This document shows positions 1 through 14,100 of a DNA stretch of 64,000 bases, in pieces (within the stretch, counting starts at the first letter, position 1; each line of letters begins with the position of its first letter). The notes below the pieces were generated by a model. It had not been told where the DNA came from and did not search any database. It saw only the letters and a list, made by a program, of their open reading frames with translations. The stretch comes from Octopus bimaculoides. Lineage: Eukaryota. The position numbers were made by a program, and so were the translations under genes. The stretch lies in contig NC_068999.1 of assembly GCF_001194135.2 (NCBI RefSeq), positions 47,537,686 to 47,601,685 of the forward strand, in the 5' to 3' direction.

Positions 1-74
1 GTGTGTGTGTGCGTGTGTGTGTGTGTGTGATGGGAAGCAGGCAGTTCAAGTGCTTTAGATAGTTTATAGAATTC

Positions 75-145
<71 letters not shown>

Positions 146-168
146 TTATTATTATCATCATCATCATT
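1..168. repeat. (TG)n and (ATT)n/(ATC)n microsatellites
   Basis: Seen directly at 1-28 and 79-168. Confidence 0.95.
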
Positions 169-459
169 TGAAGTGGCAGGTTGGCAGAATCATTAGGATT
201 CCGGGTGTAATGCTTAGCAGTATTTTGCCTGTCTTTGTGTTCTGAGTACAAATTCTGCCGAGGTCAACTTTGGCTTTTATCCTTTCAGGATTGATAAAAT
301 AAGTACCAGCCGAGTACTGAAGTCAATGTAATCGACTACCACCCACCCACCCAAATTTCAGAATGTAAAGAACTAGAAGGAATGGCACTAAACATTTTGC
401 CCAGTGCTAATAATTCTGCCTGTTCATCTCCATATTATGCGTGAAAATAACAAGCTTAC

Positions 460-692
460 CCAACAGCATATTCAGTTTTTCCTTTAGTAATGTTGCCCTC
501 ATAAAGTGATACAGGACAAAATCTTGACCATCGAGTTCTTTTCCAAGTGTACTGTCCAGCCACAATTTCTTTTCCTCCATATGTCTTGAAAATAGCTTCT
601 GAGTCTATATCATCTACTTCTTCCTCCTTGTTTAGTGCCTGTACAACTGCAGCAGAGCTCAAACCACAACATTCAAACTTCACTAAACATTG
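460..692 (-). CDS. AK9: AK9 exon 9
   Basis: QCLVKFECCG...YTWKRTRWSRFCPVSLYEGNITKGKTEYAV; ttccAG / GTAAGC. Confidence 0.92.
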
Positions 693-3600
693 CTGGAAGA
701 TATCAAGAAATTGCAGTTTTACAAAATACAAAACAGAACAACAAGCTGTCACTAGCCATCTATGTATCATATTTAATGTACACACACATACACACACAAA
801 CTGGCAATAAGCCAGTTATTGTGGCCCTCTGATAACATTTCTTATGGACTTACAGAGTTAAAAACACAATACATAACAGAGAGAGAGAGAGATGGCAATT
901 CAAGCCAGCAGCAACCAGTGAAGAGTGCTAGATGTATTTCAACCTTTTGGGGTTTTTCCAATAGTGCATACTCACTGCCAGTCAAGAATTTGTTGCCTCT
1001 AGCCATTAGTAATATCCTAACTTTTATGGCTACTGAGCTTCAATCATACACTCTGTGAAGTGGATGGCATTAGGAAGGGTTTTGAGCTGTAGAAACCATG
1101 CCAAAGCAGATACTGGAAATCAGCATAGCCTTCTGGCTCGTCAATTCATGTCAAACCGTCCAACCTGTGTCAGCATGGAAAACAGAATGTTAAATGATAA
1201 TGATGATAAATATCAAGATAGTGGGTAGAGTGTTCTTTACCACATTCTTTTTATTATTCTCGAAAGTGGTTCAATCTCAGCTTGGAGTCAACAGCTGCCC
1301 TTCACACTTCATCATAAATGTATTCAACACAAATATATTAAAACTGAGTGCTGTAGTTTGCTTGAAGCATTTTAATACAGAAATGAAATAACAAACAACG
1401 AAGACAGCGAGTTTCTAACAATGCAAAAAGACAAATATGAGTAACCTTTTATGTATTTCAAGCACAGGGGTCCATCATTAGAAACGAACAGTTTAAAGAA
1501 ATATAAGTTTATGTACATCCAGTCGTGCTTAGAGTTGTGCAGGCAATGAAGCTGGGTATGCATAAACCAAATTTCTCTAAACCGTTCACTGACGATGATG
1601 GGCCTTGATACCTGAAATAATTTATGCATTGTAAGAAGTTCTTTATATAATCTAAGAAGATCTCAGTCTTCATTATTTGTTATATTAAAACCAAGAAAAC
1701 CATTTTTTTCCCTCCTATGCTCAGCTATCTTTCATACCTAAGTGATCTGTGTTGTAATTGATTAAAAGTAAAAATAAAATGAATGCATGAATAACATTGG
1801 GAAACAAATTTCAATGTTTGTCTATTGAATTATATTTGACAGTTAGTTCTAGGTAATTTGGGTGTGCTGAGCATGATTTTTTACTCAGTTTTGCTCTATC
1901 AGGTCCTGATTTTGTTCAGGTTTCACTAAGAAAAATAAACATTGTATTGAGTACCCAAATTTCAACACTGCGATTCAATCTGTGCTAAATTCAAATGAAA
2001 TCCATATTCCAATATTTAAGAGTCTGCCACCTCAAGAATTAGTTGAAGATGTTTCAGAAAATACTTACCAGTGGGTAGGTAATTACTAAAGTATCATAAG
2101 GCTTTCAAGGTAGTTTTTATGTAGGTATTTTTTACTCACCTGAATTAAAGTCTGTGCTGGTTGGTTAGCATCCAGTTCCAAAACATATTGTTGATCATGA
2201 CTTATAATATAATCCTATGACAGAAATTATTTTGCAATTAAAATGAATTTTTTTATTTATGTCATCAAAGTGATAGCAATCACATTTGCAAGCACATTGA
2301 CACCAACAACAGGAATCAAATATACATAAAATATTTATTTGAAACATTTATAGGCCCAGGTATAGCTTTGTTGTTGAGAAGCTTGCTTGTCCAAGTACCC
2401 TGCCCCCCGCCCGGCCACTAGAGATAAAATATTTATTATGATCATTCTGCTAAAAACATAGAATGAAACAATACAGGACAAACAATGTACAAAAATGCTA
2501 TGAGAGTTCGAATGAGACTTTTTAAAAAAAAATTTAATTGTGATATAATTTAACAGAAATATTTTGGCTTACTTTTGCCTTTACACGAGAACATTTTTTA
2601 AAACCAGGAATCAAACAACACAAAAATAATGGCAGCCTATAATGCCCAGCAACAAGGGAAGTAAAAGAAGTAGACAAACCAACACCAGTTGTCAAGCAAT
2701 CGTGGGAGAGGGAACAAAACACAAATGCAAATACACACACACACACGCAAACACAAACACATGATGTGCTTCCACACATTTTCTGCCTACCAAATCCGCT
2801 CACAAGGCAATGGTCAACCCAGGCCAATAGTAGAAGACACACCTGCCTAAGGTGCTGCAGAGTGGAATTGAACCTGAGACCACATGATTGCAAAATGAGC
2901 TTTCCAATCACACAGCCATGCATGATTGAAATAAACTAAAAATATCAATTACCTCAATTATCCGCAATGTATTTAACTTATATTTTTCTATACTAGCTTT
3001 TACAGGAGCTTCCAAATCTACCGGCTGTTGGACCAGTCGTTCTAAGTCTTCAGCAGATAATTCTTCTGCATCTTCACCAACTTCCTCCTCATTCCCTTGT
3101 TCTTCATCTTCTTCATCCTAAATTAAACAACAAATTCATCAATTTGATTATTGTGTGCCAAGCTCTGAATTTCTTATAATTCTTTAACACTTTGCCAACC
3201 AAACTCATTTTGTGTCATGTTCTGTGTAGCGCCACGTAAAAGTACCCAGTACACTCTGTAAAGTGGTTGGCGTTAGGAAGGGTATCCAGCCGTAGAAACC
3301 ATGCCAAATCAAATGGAATCAGTCACAGCCCCCATCGGCTTGCCAGCTCTGGTCACACTGTTCAACCCATGCCAGCGTTTTAGGCCCCAGAACCACCTCC
3401 TATCTCTGTGTGATCAAGACAGAGATTGCCTTCTTGCGGAATATGACTCATGAGGTGAACTGGCTCCTTCAGCACACACCCACCTCCATCATCATCATTA
3501 TCATTATTGTAACCATTTAACATCCTTTTCCCATGCTGGCATTGATTGAGTGGTTTGACAGGCCACAATGAGCTACAGGGCTGTGCTACACTCCAATGCA

Positions 3601-6600
3601 AACATTGCCATGTTTTCTGCAGCTGGATACCCTTCCTAATGCCAACCACCACACAGTATAGACTGGGTGTTTTTTTTTTTTCTGTGCCACTGGCACTGTA
3701 TTTACCATTTTGTCTGCTCAGACACTGAAAAATTTGCATGAATCGCTGTAACAAATTTAAATTCTTTCATCCGGCAACAAAAATGAATTTCAAAATATCC
3801 AATGAAAACAAGTTAAAAATAATTTACAAGTTGGACATCAAGATGGCTTAAATCCAAATAAATATGATTATAAATTCAACAGCTTTACCATGGTGACTAC
3901 TTTATCAGGATCATAAATTTCTTTAGGGTACATAACTCCTGTCAGTGAGTCGTACTTCTGGTTTATCCTCCTGGTTAATAAATCTTCATCTGGAATCTAA
4001 CAAATGACAATAAACAATTCTTAATTACTTAATTACTCCATTCACAATAATATTTATGAGAAATACAACTATTAATTTCAAATTTTGTCATAAGGCTAGC
4101 AATTTTGAGGGAGAGGAGTCTAGTCAATTGTATTGACCCTTAACTGATACTTAATTTATCGACCCTGAAAAGATGAAAGGCAAAGCTGACCTTGGCAGAA
4201 TTTGAACTCAAGACGTAAAGACAGATGAAGTAGCATTAAGCATTTTGGCTGGTGCGCTAATGATTTTGCCAGCTTGTCGTTTTGAAAAATACAAATATTA
4301 AATGATATCAATATTAAAACTGAATTTGGTATGATGTCAACCCATAACAGTATCAGCAAAGTAAATGCCTTGAAGCTTTCTATCCTTCTTCAACCCTTTG
4401 GGATTGAGACAACTCTGTCAAATGTAACACTCACTTATTCACAATGTTTTGAATTAATCATGCATTATCTAGTAGCTTTGAGATTTCAGTGATATGATTG
4501 TTTATTTTTAAAATGACATTGTAGGGTAGGTGCAAGAGGCCAGACATGGCCTGACTGAACATAACACAGGTAGAATATTTGGGCCAAATATGGCTGGTTT
4601 AGATTCTAATGAGCTAAGTCAATAAAATTTATTCACTATAACATTACAAAAGGTAAGACAAAATCAATATTTCAATAAGGAATAACATAAAAGCAACAAA
4701 CATTAAAAATGTTCCTCTTATTAAAAAATGGAACTTAATAATAACAACAGGACAGTTTCTTGTGGAAGATAAATCTTGACTTCTAAAAGTTTCACCAGAG
4801 ATTGGCACAATCCAACCAGACCAACAAAACTGGTTTCATCCAAGTCATTATTAGCGGATATTAATTCAAATTAGTGATCTGTGTAGATACACTGTTGAAA
4901 GCCTTCTCGAGAAAACATATCTTATAGATGTATAATGTTAAAAAGACTATTCCACTGCCACAGACAATTAGAGTTTAGTCATTTTTGTCCATGTTGCTTG
5001 AACTTTTGTCAAAATGAATTAAAACGGCGGGGCTTAATCTGCTTTAGGTTTATCATTTCTAAAAAAAGAGAACAGTTTGTAAACTGTACCAACTTTCAAA
5101 TTAAGAATGACATCAGGAGAGAGATCTCTTTTCTTTATCCAGTCTATCTGCTCAGTGGTAGTCATAAATTCTTGACTAATTGTTGGAAGACCATCAAGAA
5201 TATAACCTGCAAAGATAAAGTTTCATTAAAACAAATACATTGACAATAAATCAAAAGAATTAAAGAAAAGCCAAAGAGGAAAATGCCAATTCTATAAGTG
5301 AAAAATTGTTATAAAATAAAAAAAAAATTATGGAATATTTTGAAACTGAATTTAGATTCTCATTAAATCTTTGAGAGAAGGAAAAACTGTTTATTGGTGA
5401 CAACGTTTTGAAGCTAATTTTCTCTATAATGCTTATCCAGCCAGCAAGCCATCCATCTCTTCCCACAATTCCTGAGAAGGTTGTGGGAGTAGCATCCTTG
5501 GGCACTTAATCCATAAGGTCCCATTAAAAGCAATTATCATTACACTTTCTGGCTGGATGCCTAAGCATGACCAAATGAGACAATGGATATTATCCAACGG
5601 TTTCATTCTTGGTCTGCCCCTAGGTCCCCTGCTGGTCAGTCCAGTTCGAAGAATCTGTTTTCTGATTCTTTCTGGTGACATTCTAATCACATGTCTGTGG
5701 TAACCCAGACTGTGGCTCCCTCAATGGCATTCAAAGATGTTAAAACATACTCATCAAAGTAGGTTGTTAGATATATTTCTCCTTGGGTGGGACACTGGTC
5801 TATCACACACAGGATTACTCCTTTTTTGCCAGCTGAGTGAACTGGAGCAACGTGAAATGCAGTGATTTATTCAAAAACAAAACACATCACCTAGTCCAGG
5901 AATTGAAACCACAATCTTACGATCATGAGTTCAATATCTTAACCACTAAATCATCCCCACTATAAAATCTGGCGAGGTCAACTTTGCCTTTCATCCTTTG
6001 AGGGGCAATAAAATAAAGCAGTAATCAAATATGATGGTGGTGGTGGTGGTGGTGGTGGTAGTGGTAGGGTGACATCATAATATAAGGGTTTCTAATTTAA
6101 GGCATGGGGGCCAGTAATTTTGAAAGGAGGGGGATTAGTCAGTTCCAATGATCCTGGAACTGGTATTTTCTTTCATTGATTAGTAAAGGAGCAAAAGGCA
6201 AATATTTTTAACAAATGAAATGTCTTTTCAAAATATTTACTGAATTTTATGGTTGCAGATATTGACTAAACACACGTGGGCCTGCCTACAAAGTCAGAAA
6301 ACAACACAGCTCCCATGACTTTTGGGAACATTTTTCCACACTCAGAGTTGCTGAAGCATGGAACAAACTACCTGCATCAGTTGTTTGTTGCCAAGACATT
6401 GCATCCTTTAAAACCTCCATGCTTCCTGAAATTCACCAATACTACACCTGATATCCCTGCTCCATACACATGCACACATGTATATCATGACTCATACACT
6501 GTTCACTTTCCTGACTTTTGTACATAATTCTATCTACTGTACATGCACCTTTGATGAGTTGTAGTGCACCTGAGTACTATACACAATAATTTCATTATTA

Positions 6601-9600
6601 TTATTATTGTTAAGTATCACATATTTGTTTTATACAAGTAATAAGCTTAATTAAAGACTAATGGTGATATTCAATTGCATACCATGATGAGCAACCTCAG
6701 GTGACTTCATTTTTTTCTCCAATATTTCAAAGGTGATCTCATCAAGGATTAATTCTCCTCTATTAATTATTTCAGAACACGTTTGTCCCAGAGGAGTCAG
6801 TTGTTCCAGTTCTTGGTTAATTAGTTCATGAGCTGGAAAAAAAATAAAAATAAATAAATAAAACAGGTGTGTATAGCATCTTTAGATAACACTAATTAAG
6901 GGGCTGACATTTAATGCCAATAAGAAAATAATTAGTTTTTGATTAACCTTCATTTACTCCATATCATGTTTTCTGTGTTATTCATAAACCAAGCAGACTA
7001 TCTTTCAAATATGTGTATAAGCAACCATGCTGGGACAACGTATAAAGTACCCGTGCTGGTGCCACGTAAAGAGTGCCCAGTACACACTGTAAAGTGGTTG
7101 GTGTTAGGAAAGGCATCCAGCTAAAGAAACCAAGCCAAAACAGACTATATAACATGGTGTGACTCCTGGCCTTGCCAGCTCCTGTCAATATGGAAAACGG
7201 ATATTAACTGATGATGATGAAGATGATTGTGATGATGATGTAATTTGTTTATCTAATTATGATGTTACTATAACGGTCGACCCACTGTCTTAGTTTTCTC
7301 AGTGGGCCTAAGGCAAGGCACAGCTCTAAGGTAACTTAAAACATTTTAACAAATTTGAATGAATAAGAAATGAATTAAATGATTAAATGTAATGAGAGAA
7401 TAACGGCGAAAACTGTGGTTAGTGAATGTTAAAATGAAAGACTAAAGATTGAGGAAAGAAACTTCATTAGTCAGGTAGTGCAATATCACGGTGACTATAC
7501 GGATTTACTTAAACAATGTAAGGACAATTTAACAATCAGAGCTGATCAAGAAAACAATAGTTACCTCCCTTAACATAAAACATTTTTTTTTTTAATAAAG
7601 AATCGAATTTAGCATCACATTTTTGTAAGTACGAAAATTGCAAAAATTATAAAATTACAGTTATTATTACATAAAACTCAAATAAAAACATGGAAAAAAA
7701 AACTTCAACGTTGGGCAAACAAACTGAAAAAAACATNNNNNNNNNNNNNNNNNNNNNNNNNNNNNNNNNNNNNNNNNNNNNNNNNNNNNNNNNNNNNNNN
7801 NNNNNNNNNNNNNNNNNNNNNNNNNNNNNNNNNNNNNNNNNNNNNNNNNNNNNNNNNNNNNNNNNNNNNNNNNNNNNNNNNNNNNNNNNNNNNNNNNNNN
7901 NNNNNNNNNNNNNNNNNNNNNNNNNNNNNNNNNNNNNNNNNNNNNNNNNNNNNNNNNNNNNNNNNNNNNNNNNNNNNNNNNNNNNNNNNNNNNNNNNNNN
8001 NNNNNNNNNNNNNNNNNNNNNNNNNNNNNNNNNNNNNNNNNNNNNNNNNNNNNNNNNNNNNNNNNNNNNNNNNNNNNNNNNNNNNNNNNNNNNNNNNNNN
8101 NNNNNNNNNNNNNNNNNNNNNNNNNNNNNNNNNNNNNNNNNNNNNNNNNNNNNNNNNNNNNNNNNNNNNNNNNNNNNNNNNNNNNNNNNNNNNNNNNNNN
8201 NNNNNNNNAACTCAGAACGTAAAGACAAACAAAATACCTATTTCTTTACTGCCCACAAGGGGTTATACACAGAGGGGACAAACAAAGACAGACAAACAGA
8301 TTAAGTCGATTATATCGACCCCAGTGTGTAACTGGTACTTATTTAATCGACCCCGAAAGGATGAAAGGCAAAGTCGACCTTGGCGGAATTTGAACTCAGA
8401 ACGTAGCGGCAGACGAAATACCGCTAAGCATTTCGCCCGGTGTGCTAACGTTTCTGCGAGCTTGTCACATTCGTCTATGTTTCTTTCTGTCTGTTTGTCC
8501 CCCAACACTGCTTGACAATTGATGTCGGTGTTTAACGTCCCTGTAACTTAAAAGTTTGGCAAAAAAGAACGATAGAATAAGTACCAGGCTTGAGAAAACA
8601 TATAAGTACTGGGGTCGATTCATTCAACGAAAGTTCTTCAAGGTGGTGCCCCAGGATGACCGCAGGCTAACAACTGAAATAAGCAAAAGATTAAAAGAGA
8701 AAAGATGATTGACTGCAAAGCACCAAATCATCAAACCAATAAATTGTTTAAGCATTCAAATAGGATTTTAAAAAAAAAATTAATTAAAGCAATATCTTTA
8801 GGAATTGAACTCACGTCCTTATGATCATGAGCTGAATACCCTAACCACTAAGTATTCAGCTCATGACTGTAAGGTCATGAGTTCGATTTCTGGTGAGGTG
8901 TTGTGTCCTTGAGCAAGACACTTCATTTCATGTTGCTCCAGTCCACTCAGCTGGCAAAAGTGAGTTGCACCTGTAATTCAAAGGGCCAGCCTTGTCATAT
9001 TCTGTATAATGCTGAATCTCCATAAGAACTACATTCATTGTAACCGATAGAGTGCCATTTTTTTTTTTTTTTTTGTAATATCAACAGATTCACCTTATAA
9101 AAGTATTAGATAACTCAGACTAAAATCAGAATTATCCTTTTAAAATATTTTCTGTCTTTAAACAATAAAAAAATACTTACGATTGATAAGTTCGCAATTC
9201 CACTGTTGAGCAATTTGTTTCGCTAACTGAGTCTTTCCAGAACCAGGTTTTCCAAAGATTACAAAACATGTTGGCTTTGATTTCAAGAACTGTTGTTCAC
9301 TCTGAAATTTGAAATAAATCATTTAGTTGATTAGTGATTCCTGGGAAAGCGGGTTTATCCCTTGGTTTCATTCTCATAATTGTTTCGCTAATCCGGTAAC
9401 AACAATACAAAGTATGTAGCCCTTAAAACGGTTTTTGTGTATTTATTGAGAATACCAAACTGTCTTACAAAGGATCTTGTTTTTAGGAATTTCCAGTAAG
9501 TTATGAGTACACAAATTGTGAAGTCAGTTATGTAATAACATGAAATTAATTACCCTATAGTAAGAATTCGAATAAAGTAGCCCCGATAAGGGCTTTAATA

Positions 9601-11073
9601 CATCCCCAGAGTATATAGATTTTAGGAGGAAATACTAATAAGGTATGTATACTAAAATCGTGAAACATGTTACGTAATAACAGGCTAATCAGATATGAGA
9701 TAATAACAATTCAAAGTAATTAACTGTAAAAAAAAGCTTTTGTGCATTCCCAGAGAATATTACCCTCAGTGGCGCTAGTGTTGGTATATTCGTGAATAAA
9801 TCACTAACTGAAATAAGTGGATCTATTGTTTAGGAGAATACTGTTTACTTGTTTAAGCGTTGTATTGGATAAATTGAGAAAAATAACTAAAATAGTTCAA
9901 ATACTAAGAATTAAGCATACTGAAAATGAATGGGTTATTTCCCTTGGTGGATATTTCCAGGAAGGAATGGGTTACTTCCCTTGGTAGCTTAAAAATCATT
10001 ACTCCCACCGTTCACTCATGCCCAAAAGTTATTCCTCCTGCCGTTTACCTGAACTTTTTTTCGAAATCAATTTATACTTAAAACCTCCCCAGACACATAA
10101 GCAATGTGCGTGTGAAGTTTAAGAAAAATTGGTCGAGCTGTTTTAGCACAAAACAAGGACATACTGATACACACACACACACACACACAGACATTTTCAG
10201 TTTTAATATGTAAGATACACACACACACCACACTTATAATTACTCAATTATCTAAAATAATATACAGTAAATCAATCATAAATATTTATTATCTAAAATT
10301 AACATCCATTTAAACACATTATTATCAGAGATTTATCTTAACAATGGACCACTTTCTACAGCAAATTCAAAACGACTGTATATCTCAAATAAATCTTAAA
10401 CCTAATTAACCCATTATTTTATTTTTTTTTATCCATCACCCCTTTTTGGCCACCCTATTATTTCCCACTTTTTCTTCAATGCCCCTCTAGAGCTTTCCAC
10501 TGCCCCTAGGGGGTGGGGCTGAACTGCCCAGTTTCAGAACTACAACACTAGATCACACACCCTCAAGGAGATAATATGAGAAACTATTTAATCTATCGAA
10601 TATCATGGCACACATCAATATTTCCAGGAGATAAGAAACATCATATCCTTCAACTCCACTTACTTTTTCTTCATTGTAAAAATCTTGCTTGATTTTTGAA
10701 AATGATGGTTTCTCAGGTCTTAAAACGTCATGAAGTTTTTCCTTTGAAATTGTGTGGAACGCATGCACTGAACTTGAAGCAGGCCGTTTCAGTTGAGTAA
10801 TTAAATCATTTAAAATGTTATTCTCTCCATCAGAAAGGGTTACTGGATGAAGGTAAAAAAGTGAATACAATTTACATCAAGAACTAAATTTAGTTTAGTA
10901 GAAATGTATAATGTGTGTGTATGTATATGTGTGTGTGTTTATGTGTGTGTGTTTTTTTTTATGTGTGTTTGTGTGAGTGTGTGTATGCTTATGTACATTT
11001 GTGTTTGTGTGTGTGAGTGAGTGTACGTATGTATGTTTTAATGTGTATGTATGTATGTATGTATGTATGTATG

Positions 11074-11116
<43 letters not shown>

Positions 11117-14100
11117 ATAAGTGTAGTTAACATGGTATAGTTATAATTTTAAGAATGAATGGTAGTGAAACGCAAAGTGGTTTTTATGTTTGCTAGTTTA
11201 TAGATATTACATTTGAGCATAAATTGAAATAGGTTATTTTGATTATTTTAACAGATTATTTTAATTATTATTGCAGACAAGACACAGCTGTAATAAAACG
11301 TAAGATTCAATGAAGTTGGATTTCAGTACGTCTATGTTTGATGTAACACTGCACAGAAGAACTTCCTGTATGAATACATAAGGGTGCATTGGTGTTCTTC
11401 CAGCTGAATGCTAACCAAAAAGGGTGAAACTTTGCTGGATGGCACTTCTGTGTAGATGTTTTGTGCCATGGCCTCAGAGGAACACTCTCCCAAGGAAATA
11501 TTATACAATAAACATCCTAAAAGCATCAGACATCATTAGAGAAAGAAGAGTTAACTCTGCTGGACATTGGTGGAGAAGTAAGGAGGGGTTGGTTAGTAAT
11601 ACCGTACTTATGGTGGTGGTGGTGGTGACAGTGGATGTGGTGGTGATGATGCTGGTTATAATTGGATTAATGGCCGTGTGAAGACATATAACAGGTAGTG
11701 TACAGATGAATCAGGATGTTATCATGAGAAACTACCTCATGACATGGAGGACAGTGATGGGTGGAGGCTCATGCAAATCTAAACAGGCTCTACCTAATGA
11801 TGATGATGATGGTGGTGAAGATGATGATGATGACGAAGTACTGAGTCATGTGATGTGTTGTTGCAATCATACTCATTATCACGATACCATCACCACCACC
11901 ACCACCACCACCACCACCACCACCACAACCGCCACCACNNNNNNNNNNNNNNNNNNNNNNNNNNNNNNNNNNNNNNNNNNNNNNNNNNNNNNNNNNNNNN
12001 NNNNNNNNNNNNNNNNNNNNNNNNNNNNNNNNNNNNNNNNNNNNNNNNNNNNNNNNNNNNNNNNNNNNNNNNNNNNNNNNNNNNNNNNNNNNNNNNNNNN
12101 NNNNNNNNNNAACCACCACCACAACCACCACCACAACCACCACCACCGCCGCCACCACCACCACTACGATCACCACCACCACCACCATCACTACCAGAAC
12201 AAGCACCAACAGCAGCACCATTATCATCACCACAGTTATTACTTCTACCCCCACCCTTCAGCATCATTACCACCAAAACCAGCAGCAGCAGCAGCACCAC
12301 CACCACCACCACCAAAACCACAACCATCATGAGCAATGCCATGACCACCATCACAATTACCAACATCACCATCACCACCACATTGGAAGAATTTGATCTA
12401 AGTTTGGCTGGATTACAAAAAAAAGTCGGTTATGTTCATCACTCATGCTAAAGCCCCCAGAAAACAACAAATGAAGGTTACAGACAAACCATCTTCATCT
12501 TGAAGGCAGAAAAAACAAAGATCATTGTTGCTGATAGGCTTTATAGGTTGTGATGCTATTTATAGCAGCAGCAGCAGCAGAACCTGCTCTAGTTTCTGAT
12601 GAAGGAGCCTGAAAGTTATGTGATCAACTGCAGAAAAGACTGATATACCATCTTCACTTAGAAACTCTTTGTGGACGACCTCAATATACTGGAAACATGA
12701 TAAATATGAGAAATGTTGGTCCAGCAGGAGGATGTTTATCATCATCATCATCGTTTAACGTCCGCTTTCCATGCTAGTAATGAGAAACTCATAGATTAGG
12801 ACTTTTAATGTTTCTTTGCAGTCTCAGGGACACTTGGCTATATATCATAGCATGACTATTTCATACAAGCAGGAGTCATGAACAGATATGTAAAAATGTG
12901 TTCTAAAAAACTTATCCCATAACATGTGTAGGTATTTATACACACAGACATAATTGTCAAGGCATATATAAACAAAATGACATGAAAAACATGTACTTAT
13001 AGATGTGTAAGCATATATGTTGATGTATATATATATATCTTTGTATACAGTTCATATGTGAGAATATATGCATAGCTATGTGACTATCTTGCTGTTTGAA
13101 TTCCAGAGAAGGGCTTATATTTCTAAGTAGGTGGCTGATATATACTGAACTAGAGAAGTACTTTGAAGAAAAAACCAGCGGCACAGGCAAGCATTTCACC
13201 AGTAATTGCTATTCAAACTTAACCAAAGACTTAGCAAGATAAATGTAAAGAACTTAAAAACTGCTTAATAGCATTGGAAATATCAACATCAATGGAGATG
13301 TTGATATATTTCCAATACATGGAAGTAGCTGGCATCTTAAAGAACACATAGCTACAGAAATAGCCACGACACTGGGCCCAAACACTGTGCTGGGTGGCAC
13401 ACCCACAAATCTAAGTGTAGAGGGACAATACAGATTGAGTTAGCCTTGTCTGCCTCTGCTTTTAATACCATCAGAATCTATGGACATGTAAAAAACAGTA
13501 AGGTCAGAAGAGAGTGTAATATGATCACCACAATGTCTGCATCCCATACAATTCATCACAGTGTGTCGTGGTGTGCAGTATGGCCTTATGCTAAGCAAAG
13601 ACATAGTGTAACTTAAAAGAGATCTGTGGTGGGTTTGCTATTCATAGTTCAGAGAACTAGCTGAGGGTCATCCATAGGACTCGCTCCATCAGAGCTAACC
13701 TGTGCGCAATAAGACTTGTGGATCGGAGCTGATTAGCAACAACCACCCATCGTCTGGAAATTCTCCAACCGAGTTTCTCAACCATATTTTTTTCTACCTG
13801 TGAACCCCTTCGATTCCCTTTTTAAATAGGTGGACCCTCAAAGCCATTCGATGTTTAAAAAAAATTTGTTAAAATTTTTATAATGAAATTGTTTTAAAAA
13901 ATTGTTAAAACATTTTGTGCATTATAGAAATATAACCAATTTATTGCACATAAATTTCAGCAATAAAGATCTCATGTGGACCCCATCACCTCACTCCAAT
14001 GGTCGTATGGGCCCTGGTTGAGAATCACTGCTCTAACGTATTGAATCAAACAAAAAAATATTGATACTTTGTTACTCTCTCGCTTGTATACTATTTAGAA

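Noticed and set aside
1372-1629. Possible extra AK9 exon (acceptor-like ttatttcAG near 1612)
   Set aside because: No AK9 similarity in any frame; exons 8 and 9 already join in frame and collinearly.
4740-4900. Open stretch on the minus strand within AK9 intron 5
   Set aside because: No recognisable homology or splice sites; not needed by the model.
7647-8304. ~200 aa ORFs
   Set aside because: Mostly N gap; also applies to 18160-18642 and 15704-15982.
9302-9322. In-frame ATG (MIYFKFQ) just upstream of AK9 exon 3 as the gene start
   Set aside because: It lies within the acceptor tract; exon 2 supplies the conserved acidic DFYNEEK segment with a consensus donor.
11706-12451. Long His/Pro/Thr/Val-rich ORFs
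   Set aside because: Translations of a (CAC)n microsatellite across an N gap.
12600-12710. LFVDDL as a reverse transcriptase catalytic motif
   Set aside because: Flanked by stops, with no other RT motifs nearby.
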